Of a DNA stretch of 13,764 bases, positions 1-7,922 are shown piece after piece. The translations under genes were made by a program, and so were the position numbers. How positions within the stretch are numbered: the first letter of the stretch is position 1; every line of letters starts with the position of its first letter. Location: the NCBI GenBank assembly GCA_964247135.1, contig CAXTTL010000130.1, forward strand, positions 1 to 13,764, read 5' to 3'. Source of the DNA: an uncultured Deinococcales bacterium (GTDB lineage Bacteria > Deinococcota > Deinococci > Deinococcales > JAAFIG01). The notes under the pieces are model-generated. The model had not been told where the DNA came from. It searched no databases and saw only the letters and a program-made list of their open reading frames with translations.

Positions 1-181
1 AGGAACGGCGGTGCGTTTTGAACCAGGCGAGGAAAAAGAAGTGAATTTGGTGGCGCTTGGAGGCTCGAGAATCGTCTATGGCATGAACGGTTTGGTGATG
101 GGCAGCCTTGATGCAGTTGGCGCGAAAGCGGCGGCGCTCGAGAAAGCCAAAGCTGAAGGGTATCTCGAGGTGCAAGTATGA
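1..181 (+). CDS. ureB: Urease beta subunit (or fused gamma/beta subunit), 3' end only
   Basis: Frame from nt 2 reads [68 protein letters not shown] is the urease beta signature. TGA 179-181 overlaps the ureC ATG (ATGA). Fusion to gamma cannot be seen in the window. Confidence 0.93.
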   Translation, partial: GTAVRFEPGEEKEVNLVALGGSRIVYGMNGLVMGSLDAVGAKAAALEKAKAEGYLEVQV

Positions 182-1884
182 AGATGTCACGCCAGAAGTA
201 CGCGGATTTGTTCGGTCCAACGGTCGGCGACAAGGTGCGGCTTGCCGACACGGGCTTGCTGATTGAGGTCGAAAAGGATTACACGGTGTACGGCGACGAG
301 GTGAAATTTGGCGGCGGCAAAGTGATTCGGGACGGACTGGGGCAATCGCAGGTGTCTCGAGCCGAGGGCGCACCTGATTTGGTGATTACCAACGCGTTAA
401 TCCTCGATCATTGGGGCATTGTCAAAGCCGATGTCGGCGTTCGTGACGGACGAATCTGCGCGATTGGCAAGGCGGGCAATCCTGGCATTCAGGACGGCGT
501 GACCAAAGGACTCGAGCTTGGACCTGGCACGGAAATCATCGCAGGTGAAGGGCATATTCTGACGGCGGGCGGTATTGACAGCCACATTCATTTCATCGCG
601 CCGCAACAAGCCTGGGAAGCGCTTTACAGTGGCGTCACCACCATGATCGGAGGCGGCACAGGACCAACCGCAGGCACGAGCGCCACCACTTGCACCCCAG
701 GCGAATGGCACATTCACCGAATGCTCGAGGCGCTCGAGGAACTGCCCTTAAATTTTGGTTTGCTCGGCAAAGGCAACGCGAGTTTGACCCCCGCACTCGA
801 GGAACAAGTTCGGGCTGGGGCGCTCGGTTTAAAACTCCACGAGGACTGGGGCACGACACCCGCCGCGATTCGGGCGGCGCTCGAGGTGGCAGAACAATTT
901 GATGTGCAAGTGGCGATTCACACCGATACGCTCAACGAATCGGGCTTTGTCGAAGATTCGATTGCCGCGATTGCCGGTCGTGCCATCCACACCTATCACA
1001 CCGAAGGCGCAGGCGGTGGGCACGCGCCAGACATCATCAAAATGGCGGGATTGCCGAACGTGCTGCCCTCGAGCACCAACCCGACCATGCCGTTTACCAT
1101 CAATACCATTCACGAGCACCTAGACATGCTGATGGTTTGCCATCACCTCTCGCCGCGCATTCCCGAAGATGTCAGTTTCGCCGAGTCGCGTATTCGCCCA
1201 GAAACCATTGCCGCCGAAGATATTTTGCACGACATGGGCGTGTTTTCGATGATGAGCAGCGACTCGCAGGCGATGGGACGAATTGGCGAAGTCATCCTGC
1301 GAACCTGGCAAACCGCCCACAAAATGAAACAACAACGCGGCGCACTTTCGGGTGATACCTCGAGCAACGACAACCTCCGCGCCAAGCGTTACGTTGCCAA
1401 GTACACCATCAATCCCGCCATCGCTCACGGTATCTCGAGCGAGGTAGGCAGTGTTGAAGTCGGCAAGCTTGCCGATTTGGTGTTGTTTAAACCCGCGTTT
1501 TTTGGGGTGAAACCCAGCATGATTATCAAAGGCGGCATGGTGGTTGGGGCATTGATGGGCGATCCGAACGCCAGCATTCCCACGCCTCAACCCGTGTACT
1601 ACCGCCCGATGTTTGGCGCGTTTGGACAAGCCAAAAACAAGACTTGCCTGCATTTTGTCTCGCAAGCCTCACTCGAGGCTGGCGGCAGTTTGCCCGAGTT
1701 GTCTCGAGCTTGCGTCGCCGTGAAAAACACGCGCAACATTGGGAAGAAAGACATGATTCACAACGACGCGATGCCCGACATTCAAGTTGATCCTGAAACC
1801 TACACCGTCACGGCGGACGGCGTGAAGCTCGAGTGTGAACCTGCCGAGACGCTACCGATGACGCAACGGTATTTCTTGTTTTGA
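178..1884 (+). CDS. ureC: Urease alpha (catalytic) subunit
   Basis: 568 aa with all active-site motifs: DSHIH, KLHEDWG (carbamylated Lys), [30 protein letters not shown] flap, SSDSQAMGR; ends QRYFLF. Confidence 0.99.
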   Translation: MKMSRQKYADLFGPTVGDKVRLADTGLLIEVEKDYTVYGDEVKFGGGKVIRDGLGQSQVSRAEGAPDLVITNALILDHWGIVKADVGVRDGRICAIGKAGNPGIQDGVTKGLELGPGTEIIAGEGHILTAGGIDSHIHFIAPQQAWEALYSGVTTMIGGGTGPTAGTSATTCTPGEWHIHRMLEALEELPLNFGLLGKGNASLTPALEEQVRAGALGLKLHEDWGTTPAAIRAALEVAEQFDVQVAIHTDTLNESGFVEDSIAAIAGRAIHTYHTEGAGGGHAPDIIKMAGLPNVLPSSTNPTMPFTINTIHEHLDMLMVCHHLSPRIPEDVSFAESRIRPETIAAEDILHDMGVFSMMSSDSQAMGRIGEVILRTWQTAHKMKQQRGALSGDTSSNDNLRAKRYVAKYTINPAIAHGISSEVGSVEVGKLADLVLFKPAFFGVKPSMIIKGGMVVGALMGDPNASIPTPQPVYYRPMFGAFGQAKNKTCLHFVSQASLEAGGSLPELSRACVAVKNTRNIGKKDMIHNDAMPDIQVDPETYTVTADGVKLECEPAETLPMTQRYFLF

Positions 1885-1898
1885 TTGGATGAACCTTC

Positions 1899-1984
1899 GC
1901 GCTTCTCTCATCCCCGACCCTTCTTACCCCTTACGGCAGCACCTTCGGGCTTGGGGCGCTTCTCTCAACATCGAGAGAAGGGAG
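1899..1984. repeat. Intergenic REP-like hairpin / direct-repeat element
   Basis: Perfect stem CTTCTCTC (1959-1966) / GAGAGAAG (1973-1980); 12-nt direct repeat GCGCTTCTCTCA at 1899-1910 and 1956-1967. Confidence 0.5.
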
Positions 1985-2021
1985 AAACCCAACGGCAACT
2001 TTGTTGCATCTCGAGGATTTT

Positions 2022-2363
2022 ATGCACGAAGCCAGCATTGCGATAGAACTCGTGCAACTCGCCAGCGAACAAGCACTTTTGAATAACGCAACTCGAGTTT
2101 TAACGGTGGGGATTCGGATTGGGGAACTCTCGAGCGTGATTCCTGAAGCCCTCGAATTTGCTTGGAACGACAGTACACTCGGCACAATTTGCGAGAACTC
2201 GAAGCTCGAGATTGAACGCATTCAAGCCGTCGCAAACTGCCCAAATCATGGTGAGGTGAGGCTCGAGATTTCAAAAGGTTTGCGTTGCCCGATTTGTAAC
2301 ACGCCAACGCCAAGTATTGTGCAAGGCGAAGAACTCGAGTTGGACACGCTCGAGTTATTGTAG
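2022..2363 (+). CDS. hypA: Nickel metallochaperone HypA/HybF family
   Basis: Starts MHEASIA (N-terminal MHE Ni-binding motif); IGELSSVIPEALEFAW; zinc motifs CPNH and CPIC; C-terminal QGEELEL. Start placed at ATG 2022 (SD GAGGA 2013-2017), not the upstream TTG 2001. Confidence 0.93.
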   Translation: MHEASIAIELVQLASEQALLNNATRVLTVGIRIGELSSVIPEALEFAWNDSTLGTICENSKLEIERIQAVANCPNHGEVRLEISKGLRCPICNTPTPSIVQGEELELDTLELL

Positions 2364-2371
2364 AGGAGATT

Positions 2372-3028
2372 ATGACCCAAACCATCACGCCCAGAATTGT
2401 TACGGTGCGCCAAGGCATCCTGAAAAAAAATGATGAACTCGCGCTCGAGAATCGATTGAAATTTCAAGCCGCAAATTTGCGCGTTCTGAACCTTGCCTCC
2501 AGCCCAGGCGCAGGTAAAACCGCGTTGCTCGAGCGAACTTTTCAAGATTTCGGCTCGAGTTTGAAAATGGCTGTAGCGGTCGGTGATCTTGCCACCGAAA
2601 ACGACGCGGATCGTTTGCGGCACTCGGGCGCTCACGCCGAGCAAATTGTCACGGGAACCATTTGTCACCTCGACGCGCAAATGGTGCAAAATGTTTTGCC
2701 CGCCTTCCAACTCGAGGCGCTGGACGTTTTGTTTCTCGAGAATGTCGGTAATCTGGTATGCCCAAGCAGTTACGACCTTGGCGAGACGGCTCGGGCGGTA
2801 TTGATTTCGACCACCGAGGGCGAGGACAAACCGCTCAAATACCCGACCATGTTCAACACCGCTGATGTCGTGGTCATCACCAAAATGGACATTAGCGAGG
2901 CGGTGGGTTTTGACCGTCAACTGGCGCTCGAGAACATTGACCGCGCCAGACCAGGCGTAAAAGTCATCGAACTCTCGAGCAAAACGGGTGCGGGCATGGA
3001 TGCCTGGTTTGAATTTGTGAAAGGCTAA
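2372..3028 (+). CDS. hypB: Nickel-incorporation GTPase HypB (G-domain only)
   Basis: SSPGAGKT P-loop, GDLATENDA, TGTICHLDA, ENVGNLVCP, STTEGEDKPLKYP, TKMD; SD GAGGAG upstream. Confidence 0.96.
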   Translation: MTQTITPRIVTVRQGILKKNDELALENRLKFQAANLRVLNLASSPGAGKTALLERTFQDFGSSLKMAVAVGDLATENDADRLRHSGAHAEQIVTGTICHLDAQMVQNVLPAFQLEALDVLFLENVGNLVCPSSYDLGETARAVLISTTEGEDKPLKYPTMFNTADVVVITKMDISEAVGFDRQLALENIDRARPGVKVIELSSKTGAGMDAWFEFVKG

Positions 3029-3031
3029 AAT

Positions 3032-3556
3032 TTGAAACTCGAGAAACTCAAGATTCCTCTTCTTCAGCCCGTTCCTGCTGGGGCAAAAGCGAACTTGCCG
3101 CTGCATGTCAGTGCAAAACTGCCTCGCGTCGAGCAACTCCCAGAACCGCGCAACCTCGAGCCGTTTGAAATCATTCACCTCGAGATGACCTGCGTTGATC
3201 GTCGTCGGGTGCGGCGTAGGGTGATTGCGCCCGACGGACTCGAGCTTGGACTGGCACTGCCAACGGGAACAATCCTCGAGCCTGGAACGTTGCTGTTTCA
3301 AAACGAAGCTCGAGCGTATGTGGTCAGTGCCGCACTCGAGGAGGTGCTGGTGATTCGCGCCAAAGACTGGGCTGAAGCCGCTCGAGTCGCGCATCAAATC
3401 GGAAATTTGCACCGTGATGTTCAATTCTCGAATACTTCAAATTTTGAATTGCTTGTACTTTGGGATGGCGCACTCGAGTTGTTGTGCTTGCGTTCAAACC
3501 TCGAGTTTGCACGCGACCAGCGTCCTTTTCTGGGTCGTCCAAGTTGGGAGCATTGA
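3032..3556 (+). CDS. ureE: Urease accessory protein UreE
   Basis: DRRRVRRRV...LALPTGTILEPG N-domain and AHQIGNLHR Ni-binding motif; operon position; stop overlaps ureF start. TTG start uncertain; no poly-His tail. Confidence 0.85.
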   Translation: MKLEKLKIPLLQPVPAGAKANLPLHVSAKLPRVEQLPEPRNLEPFEIIHLEMTCVDRRRVRRRVIAPDGLELGLALPTGTILEPGTLLFQNEARAYVVSAALEEVLVIRAKDWAEAARVAHQIGNLHRDVQFSNTSNFELLVLWDGALELLCLRSNLEFARDQRPFLGRPSWEH

Positions 3557-4200
3557 TGCGAGCCTTAACGCGTTTGATGCAACTTTCGGACAGCGCCTTT
3601 CCGGCTGGGGCGTATGCGTTCTCGGACGGACTCGAGACCTACACCCAAACCAAAAAAGTCCACAATAGCGACACCTTAACCGCATTTCTCGAGACGCAAT
3701 TGCGCCTCGGTTGGGGTCGCTGCGACGCGCCAGCTTGTGCACTCGCCTGGAACAATGACACGAATCTCGAGGAACTCAACGAAATCTTGTCCGCCATCAA
3801 AATCGTGGAATCCATTCGCCACTCGAGCTTTCGGGTGGGTGCAGCGCTGGAGCGTGCCGCCAAAACCATCTGGTCGGAATTGGAATTTCATGCCCCAACA
3901 CCAAGCCATCATGCCATCATGTTCGGCGTGATTGCCCGCGCCCTCGAGATTCCACAAGATCAAACCGTGACCGCTTTTGTCTCGGGTTGGGTGCTGGGCA
4001 AAGCCACAGTTTCTACCAGATTGTTTAAAATCGGTGGTTTGGAAACCCAAAAAATTGTGTCCCACCTCGAGCCTGTGATTCTCCAGACGGTACAATTTGC
4101 CCTTCAAGCCCAACCCGAGGACATCTCGAGTTTCACCCCCGCACTTGACCTTGCCGCTCGAGCGCAAGTTGATTTGAAAATGAGGTTATTTCAATCATGA
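3556..4200 (+). CDS. ureF: Urease accessory protein UreF
   Basis: LMQLSDSAFPAGAYAFSDGLE N-terminus and RLFQS C-terminus; ATG 3556 overlaps the ureE stop (TGATG). Confidence 0.95.
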   Translation: MRALTRLMQLSDSAFPAGAYAFSDGLETYTQTKKVHNSDTLTAFLETQLRLGWGRCDAPACALAWNNDTNLEELNEILSAIKIVESIRHSSFRVGAALERAAKTIWSELEFHAPTPSHHAIMFGVIARALEIPQDQTVTAFVSGWVLGKATVSTRLFKIGGLETQKIVSHLEPVILQTVQFALQAQPEDISSFTPALDLAARAQVDLKMRLFQS

Positions 4201-4257
4201 AACAAAACGTTGATCTGTCTCCCTCGAGAAATCCAATTTTCTGCGAAAGGGTGAACT

Positions 4258-4298
4258 GTAGGGGTGCTGCTTGCTGCGCCCTGCTTGCTGCGCCCTGC
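4258..4298 (+). repeat. GTAG-type REP-like hairpin, copy 1, with 14-nt tandem duplication
   Basis: GTAGGGGTGCTGCTTGCTGCGCCCT (4258-4282), 23/25 identical to 8863-8887; CTGCTTGCTGCGCC tandemly repeated at 4267-4280 and 4281-4294. Confidence 0.75.
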
Positions 4299-4315
4299 CG
4301 TTCCTCGAGGCACCC

Positions 4316-4960
4316 ATGATCCGCCCCCTCCGCATCGGCATCGGTGGTCCTGTCGGCAGTGGCAAAACCGCGTTGCTCGAGGTTTTATGTCATGAAATGC
4401 GCGAACAGTACAAAATCGCGGCAGTCACAAATGACATTTACACGTTTGAAGATCAACTGATTCTCACGCGGTCTGGGGCGCTCGAGGCGCAACGGATTGT
4501 CGGGGTGCAAACGGGCGGTTGTCCGCACACTGCGATTCGTGAGGATGCAAGTCTGAACCTCGAGGCGATAGAGAATTTAATGCGCCAATTTCCTGATCTC
4601 GAGATTGTTTTTGTCGAATCCGGCGGCGACAACCTCGCCAGCAGCTTCAGTCCCGAATTGGTGGACGCGTGGTTGTTTGTGATTGACGTTTCGGGCGGCG
4701 ACAAAGTGCCGCGCAAGGGTGGTCCTGGCATCATGCAGTCGGATTTGTTGGTGATCAACAAAATCGATCTCGCGCCGCTGGTGGGTGCGAATCTCGAGGT
4801 GATGGATGCGGACGCTCGAAAGGCGCGGGATGGAAAACCGTTCGTGTTTTCCAACCTCAAAGCGGGTACGGGTGTGCAAAACATCATCACTTGGATTCAA
4901 CGTGAATTGCTGCTCGAGGACAAGCCAGAAATTCTTGTTGGACTTGCGGGTGTGGTTTGA
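4316..4960 (+). CDS. ureG: Urease accessory GTPase UreG
   Basis: [40 protein letters not shown]. Start placed at ATG 4316 (GAGG at 4307-4310). Confidence 0.98.
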   Translation: MIRPLRIGIGGPVGSGKTALLEVLCHEMREQYKIAAVTNDIYTFEDQLILTRSGALEAQRIVGVQTGGCPHTAIREDASLNLEAIENLMRQFPDLEIVFVESGGDNLASSFSPELVDAWLFVIDVSGGDKVPRKGGPGIMQSDLLVINKIDLAPLVGANLEVMDADARKARDGKPFVFSNLKAGTGVQNIITWIQRELLLEDKPEILVGLAGVV

Positions 4961-5763
4961 TTCTCGAGCGTCCGCGTTTGGGTGGCACGCAACATGGCGA
5001 ACTCGAGTTGGTGTTTGAAGCTCGAGATGGCAAAACTGTTTTAACCCAAGGTTTGCAAAAACCACCACTGTTGTTTATCCGTCCGTTTGAACTCGAGCCT
5101 GGGGTTTTAACGGTCATCATCGTCAATCCCACGGCAGGGATTCTGGCGGGTGACACGTACAAGATTGCAGTCACGCTGCATTCGGGCGCCCGAGTGATGC
5201 TGCTGACGCAATCGGCAACCAAAATCCATAAGATGAACGGTGGTCTTAACGCCAGCCAAGATATTGCCTTTCATGTTGCCAACAATTCGAGACTCGAATA
5301 TTACCCTGAACGAACCATTCCTTATGCGCTCTCGAGTTTTAAGCAAAACCTGAATGTGCACCTCGAGTCGGGCGCTCAATTTGGAATGCTCGAGACTTGG
5401 ACGACGGGACGGGTGTTGCGTGGTGAACGCCTCGAGTTCACGCGTTACGCTTCAAAATCCTCGGTTCGGATTGATGACAAACTCGAGTATTTGGATTCGT
5501 TCACGCTCGAGCCTGCAAATCAAAACCTCAATGCCCTCGGTGTGCTCGAGGGGCGTGATTACCTCGCCAACGGTTTTTTTGTTGGCAATGCCGCAAGTCT
5601 ACCAGAACTCGAGAATGTCAGTACCGGTTTCACGGCTGGCAATCACCTTTGGCTTCGCGCCGTCGCCAAAAACGCCCCAGACTTGGACCGCAACATTGTC
5701 AAAGCTCGAGATGAAATTCGTGCTGCCCTGTTTGGGGCTGGCAAACTCGAGCTGCGCAGGTAA
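4957..5763 (+). CDS. ureD: Urease accessory protein UreD/UreH
   Basis: [40 protein letters not shown] motifs; TTG start overlaps the ureG stop. Confidence 0.93.
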   Translation: MILERPRLGGTQHGELELVFEARDGKTVLTQGLQKPPLLFIRPFELEPGVLTVIIVNPTAGILAGDTYKIAVTLHSGARVMLLTQSATKIHKMNGGLNASQDIAFHVANNSRLEYYPERTIPYALSSFKQNLNVHLESGAQFGMLETWTTGRVLRGERLEFTRYASKSSVRIDDKLEYLDSFTLEPANQNLNALGVLEGRDYLANGFFVGNAASLPELENVSTGFTAGNHLWLRAVAKNAPDLDRNIVKARDEIRAALFGAGKLELRR

Positions 5764-5781
5764 TGTCATACTGAGTTTCAC

Positions 5782-6651
5782 ATGACTCCGCGTTCCTTGG
5801 GCATTGTTCTTTCAATCATCACGGCACTCGGTTTTTCCAGCCTCAGTATTTTGGGCAAACTTGGACAGGACGCGCACATGCCAAGCTCGAGTTTGTTGTT
5901 CTGGCGGTTTTTGCTGGCGGGTTTGATTTTGCTTTTCTTCAACTGGCGCACGCCTATTGCTCGAGGGGCACGGTGGATGCTTTTGGGTTTTGGTATTTTT
6001 TATTTTATCCAAACCAACATGTATTTTCTGGCGCTCGAGCATATCAGCGCGGGGACGGCTTCGCTGTTGTTGTACCTCGCTCCGGCTTTTGTGGTCTTGT
6101 ACCAACGCGTGTTGTTTGGAAAACGCCCAAAGCCCGAGCAACTGCTGGCGATTGGATTGTCGTTTGCGGGTTTGTTGGTGATTGTTGGTTTGCCAAGCGG
6201 GCGCGACCAGAACCTGTTCGGCTTGATTGTTGCCGTGGCGACTGCCGCCGCCTACGCTGGTTATTTGACCGCCAGCGAGCGCCTGCTCTCTGGCTTGCCA
6301 GCGTTTGTGGTCAGCGCCCACACCAACCTTGCCAGTGCCGCCGGTTTTGCCGTGTACGCCTTTTTCAGATATGAATTGCGCCTGCCAAACTCGAGTCTGG
6401 AGTGGGGTCTGGTGGCTGGCATGGTCGTCTTCCCAACCCTGATTGCCATTCCCGCCATGTTCGCCGCCATCGCCAAGATTGGCGCTTCTCAAGCCTCCAT
6501 TCTGTTCACCCTCGAGCCTGCTTTTGTGGTTTTGCTGGCGGCGTTGTTGCTGGGTGAACCGCTTGGTTTGTCGCAACTTTTGGGTGGTGGTCTGATTTTG
6601 GCTGGGGCGATTCTGGCGCAACTGCCTGGGCAAACGCAAAGTTCAGCTTAG
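5782..6651 (+). CDS. EamA/DMT family transporter
   Basis: 289 aa with about 10 hydrophobic segments in two repeats; LLFWRFLLA, LLLYLAPAFV, IGASQASILFTLEP, LLGEPL are typical EamA motifs. Confidence 0.9.
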   Translation: MTPRSLGIVLSIITALGFSSLSILGKLGQDAHMPSSSLLFWRFLLAGLILLFFNWRTPIARGARWMLLGFGIFYFIQTNMYFLALEHISAGTASLLLYLAPAFVVLYQRVLFGKRPKPEQLLAIGLSFAGLLVIVGLPSGRDQNLFGLIVAVATAAAYAGYLTASERLLSGLPAFVVSAHTNLASAAGFAVYAFFRYELRLPNSSLEWGLVAGMVVFPTLIAIPAMFAAIAKIGASQASILFTLEPAFVVLLAALLLGEPLGLSQLLGGGLILAGAILAQLPGQTQSSA

Positions 6652-6899
6652 GGTTTTCGATACGGCGCGTCGGTGTAATTCTCGACGGTTGTGGCAGAAC
6701 GTTCCTGGGCTTCATCGGGGTTCTGATTGTATTCACGCTTGGCACGTCGCTGGCGCAACAAATCCCAGAGCTGATCGAGTTTCACCTCGAGTGCTCTCAA
6801 TTCGGTTTCTTCGGCTTGGTTTAAGTCACCTTTGTTGTACAGGGCGTGTTCGTTCTCGACGAGGGTTTGGATGTGTTCGAGCAGATCGTGTTCGTTCAT
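6648..6899 (-). CDS. DUF2630 family small protein
   Basis: 83 aa MNEHDLLEHIQTLVENEHAL...LEVKLDQLWDLLRQRRAKRE...PDEAQERSATTVENY matches the DUF2630 pattern; SD GGAGG upstream of ATG 6899. Confidence 0.85.
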   Translation of the reverse strand: MNEHDLLEHIQTLVENEHALYNKGDLNQAEETELRALEVKLDQLWDLLRQRRAKREYNQNPDEAQERSATTVENYTDAPYRKP

Positions 6900-7188
6900 G
6901 GTTTCCTCCAATTGCCGCTTCGCAGCGGACCACTGTCTGGCTCGAGCATCATGTTGTTTTGATAACAGTATAACAGTACAGCCAGTCCTCACCAGGTTCC
7001 ATGCTTTACACCAACGGATGCTTGGTGGTGTGGAGGTGTTTGGTCGCCTGTTGGTTCTTCGAGGAGTCACAATAGCCAATGTGCCCACACTCGAGGCAGA
7101 TTCGCAAGTGAACCCAGATATCGTCCATTTTCGGGCATTCTTCGCAACCAGCCGCGCATCGGTGGGTGTTTGCCTGCCTCATCGCCAA
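6896..7188 (-). pseudogene. Decayed stand-alone UBP-type zinc-finger protein gene
   Basis: GCEEC..WVHLRICLECGHIGYCDSSKNQQATKH..HPLV, in-frame TAA (7008-7006), then SMEPGEDWLYCY. An 8-nt tandem duplication (TAACAGTA x2, 6963-6978) frameshifts the tail. 5' end uncertain. Confidence 0.85.
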
Positions 7189-7218
7189 AATTTTTTCATT
7201 CGGGACGCCCCTCGAGTT

Positions 7219-7800
7219 TCACCCTGTCAGCACTTGGGACACACGGCTTTGCAGCGCAGGCAAAAGTTCTGCCTCAAACCAAGGGTTGCGTTTGAGCCAC
7301 AAGTTGTTGCGTGGGCTTGGATGGGGCAATGGCATGACCTGTGGGTAATGTTCACGCCACGCTTGCACCACCTCGGTGACGGATGCACCTTTGTTTGGCA
7401 GATGATAGCCTTGCGCGTACTGACCAATCACCAAGGTCAACTCGAGGTTTTTGAGGTGCGAGAGCAACAATTCGCGCCAAGCCGGTGCGCACTCTGGACG
7501 CGGTGGTAAATCACCGGATTTGCCCGTCCCAGGGTAGCAAAAGCCCATCGGCAAGAGGGCAATTTGTTTTTCGTCATAGAACACCTCGCTCGAGATGCCC
7601 AACCAGGCGCGAAGCCTTTCGCCGCTGGCATCGTTAAATGGGATGCCCGTTTCATGCACTTTTCTGCCTGGCGCTTGACCCACAATCAAAATACGTGCCA
7701 TCGAATGCACTTGAACAACTGGTCGCGGACCGAGCGGCAAGTGCGCCGAGCAAAGGGTGCAGGCACGCACTTCAGCCAGGAGTTTGGTCAGTGAATCCAT
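7219..7800 (-). CDS. Uracil-DNA glycosylase superfamily protein
   Basis: CTLC, IVGQAPG (motif A), FNDASGERLRAWLG, MGFCYPG, DLPPRPEC, LPHPSPRN (motif B); ATG at 7800. Confidence 0.93.
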   Translation of the reverse strand: MDSLTKLLAEVRACTLCSAHLPLGPRPVVQVHSMARILIVGQAPGRKVHETGIPFNDASGERLRAWLGISSEVFYDEKQIALLPMGFCYPGTGKSGDLPPRPECAPAWRELLLSHLKNLELTLVIGQYAQGYHLPNKGASVTEVVQAWREHYPQVMPLPHPSPRNNLWLKRNPWFEAELLPALQSRVSQVLTG

Positions 7801-7922
7801 CAACAAACCAAACCGATTAACACAGGGTTGGGTGTCTCGGGTTTTCTCGAGTTCCAGACGTCCGTGAATGAAGCTCGAGAACCTTGCGCTTTCGAGTGCT
7901 TGTCGTCAATGCCCGAGTTCAT
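7800..7922 (-). CDS. Candidate 40-aa small ORF upstream of the UDG gene
   Basis: AAGGAG SD 4 nt before ATG 7922; MNSGIDDKHSKAQGSRASFTDVWNSRKPETPNPVLIGLVC*; its TGA overlaps the UDG ATG (TGATG). No family recognised. Confidence 0.4.
   Translation of the reverse strand: MNSGIDDKHSKAQGSRASFTDVWNSRKPETPNPVLIGLVC

Noticed and set aside
1889-2086. 65-aa ORF between ureC and hypA
   Set aside because: Runs through the repeat/hairpin and overlaps hypA out of frame; no motif support.
2246-3424. 392-aa antisense ORF over hypA/hypB/ureE
   Set aside because: Shadow of well-supported plus-strand genes; no recognisable motifs.
3460-3555. Extended ureF start (and likewise TTG 2001 for hypA and TTG 4271 for ureG)
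   Set aside because: Family N-terminal motifs, SDs and stop/start overlaps favour ATG 3556, 2022 and 4316.
5812-6639. 275-aa Gln-rich antisense ORF
   Set aside because: Mirror of the Leu-rich (TTG/CTG) transporter gene.
7006-7008. Stop-codon readthrough or recoding in the zinc-finger gene
   Set aside because: The codon is TAA (not Sec/Pyl), and the gene also has a frameshift and lost ligands, so decay is the simpler explanation.
6900-7088. N-terminal extension of the DUF2630 ORF in the ORF track (146 aa)
   Set aside because: It is an alternative frame of the zinc-finger pseudogene; the SD and homology start at ATG 6899.
6832-7509. 225-aa plus-strand ORF
   Set aside because: Overlaps three minus-strand genes or remnants that have family motifs; it has none.
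7219-7800. UDG-family gene as the enzyme generating the CTCGAG enrichment
   Set aside because: Only proximity suggests it; this subfamily is widespread, and no methyltransferase or sequence-specific nuclease gene is in the window.
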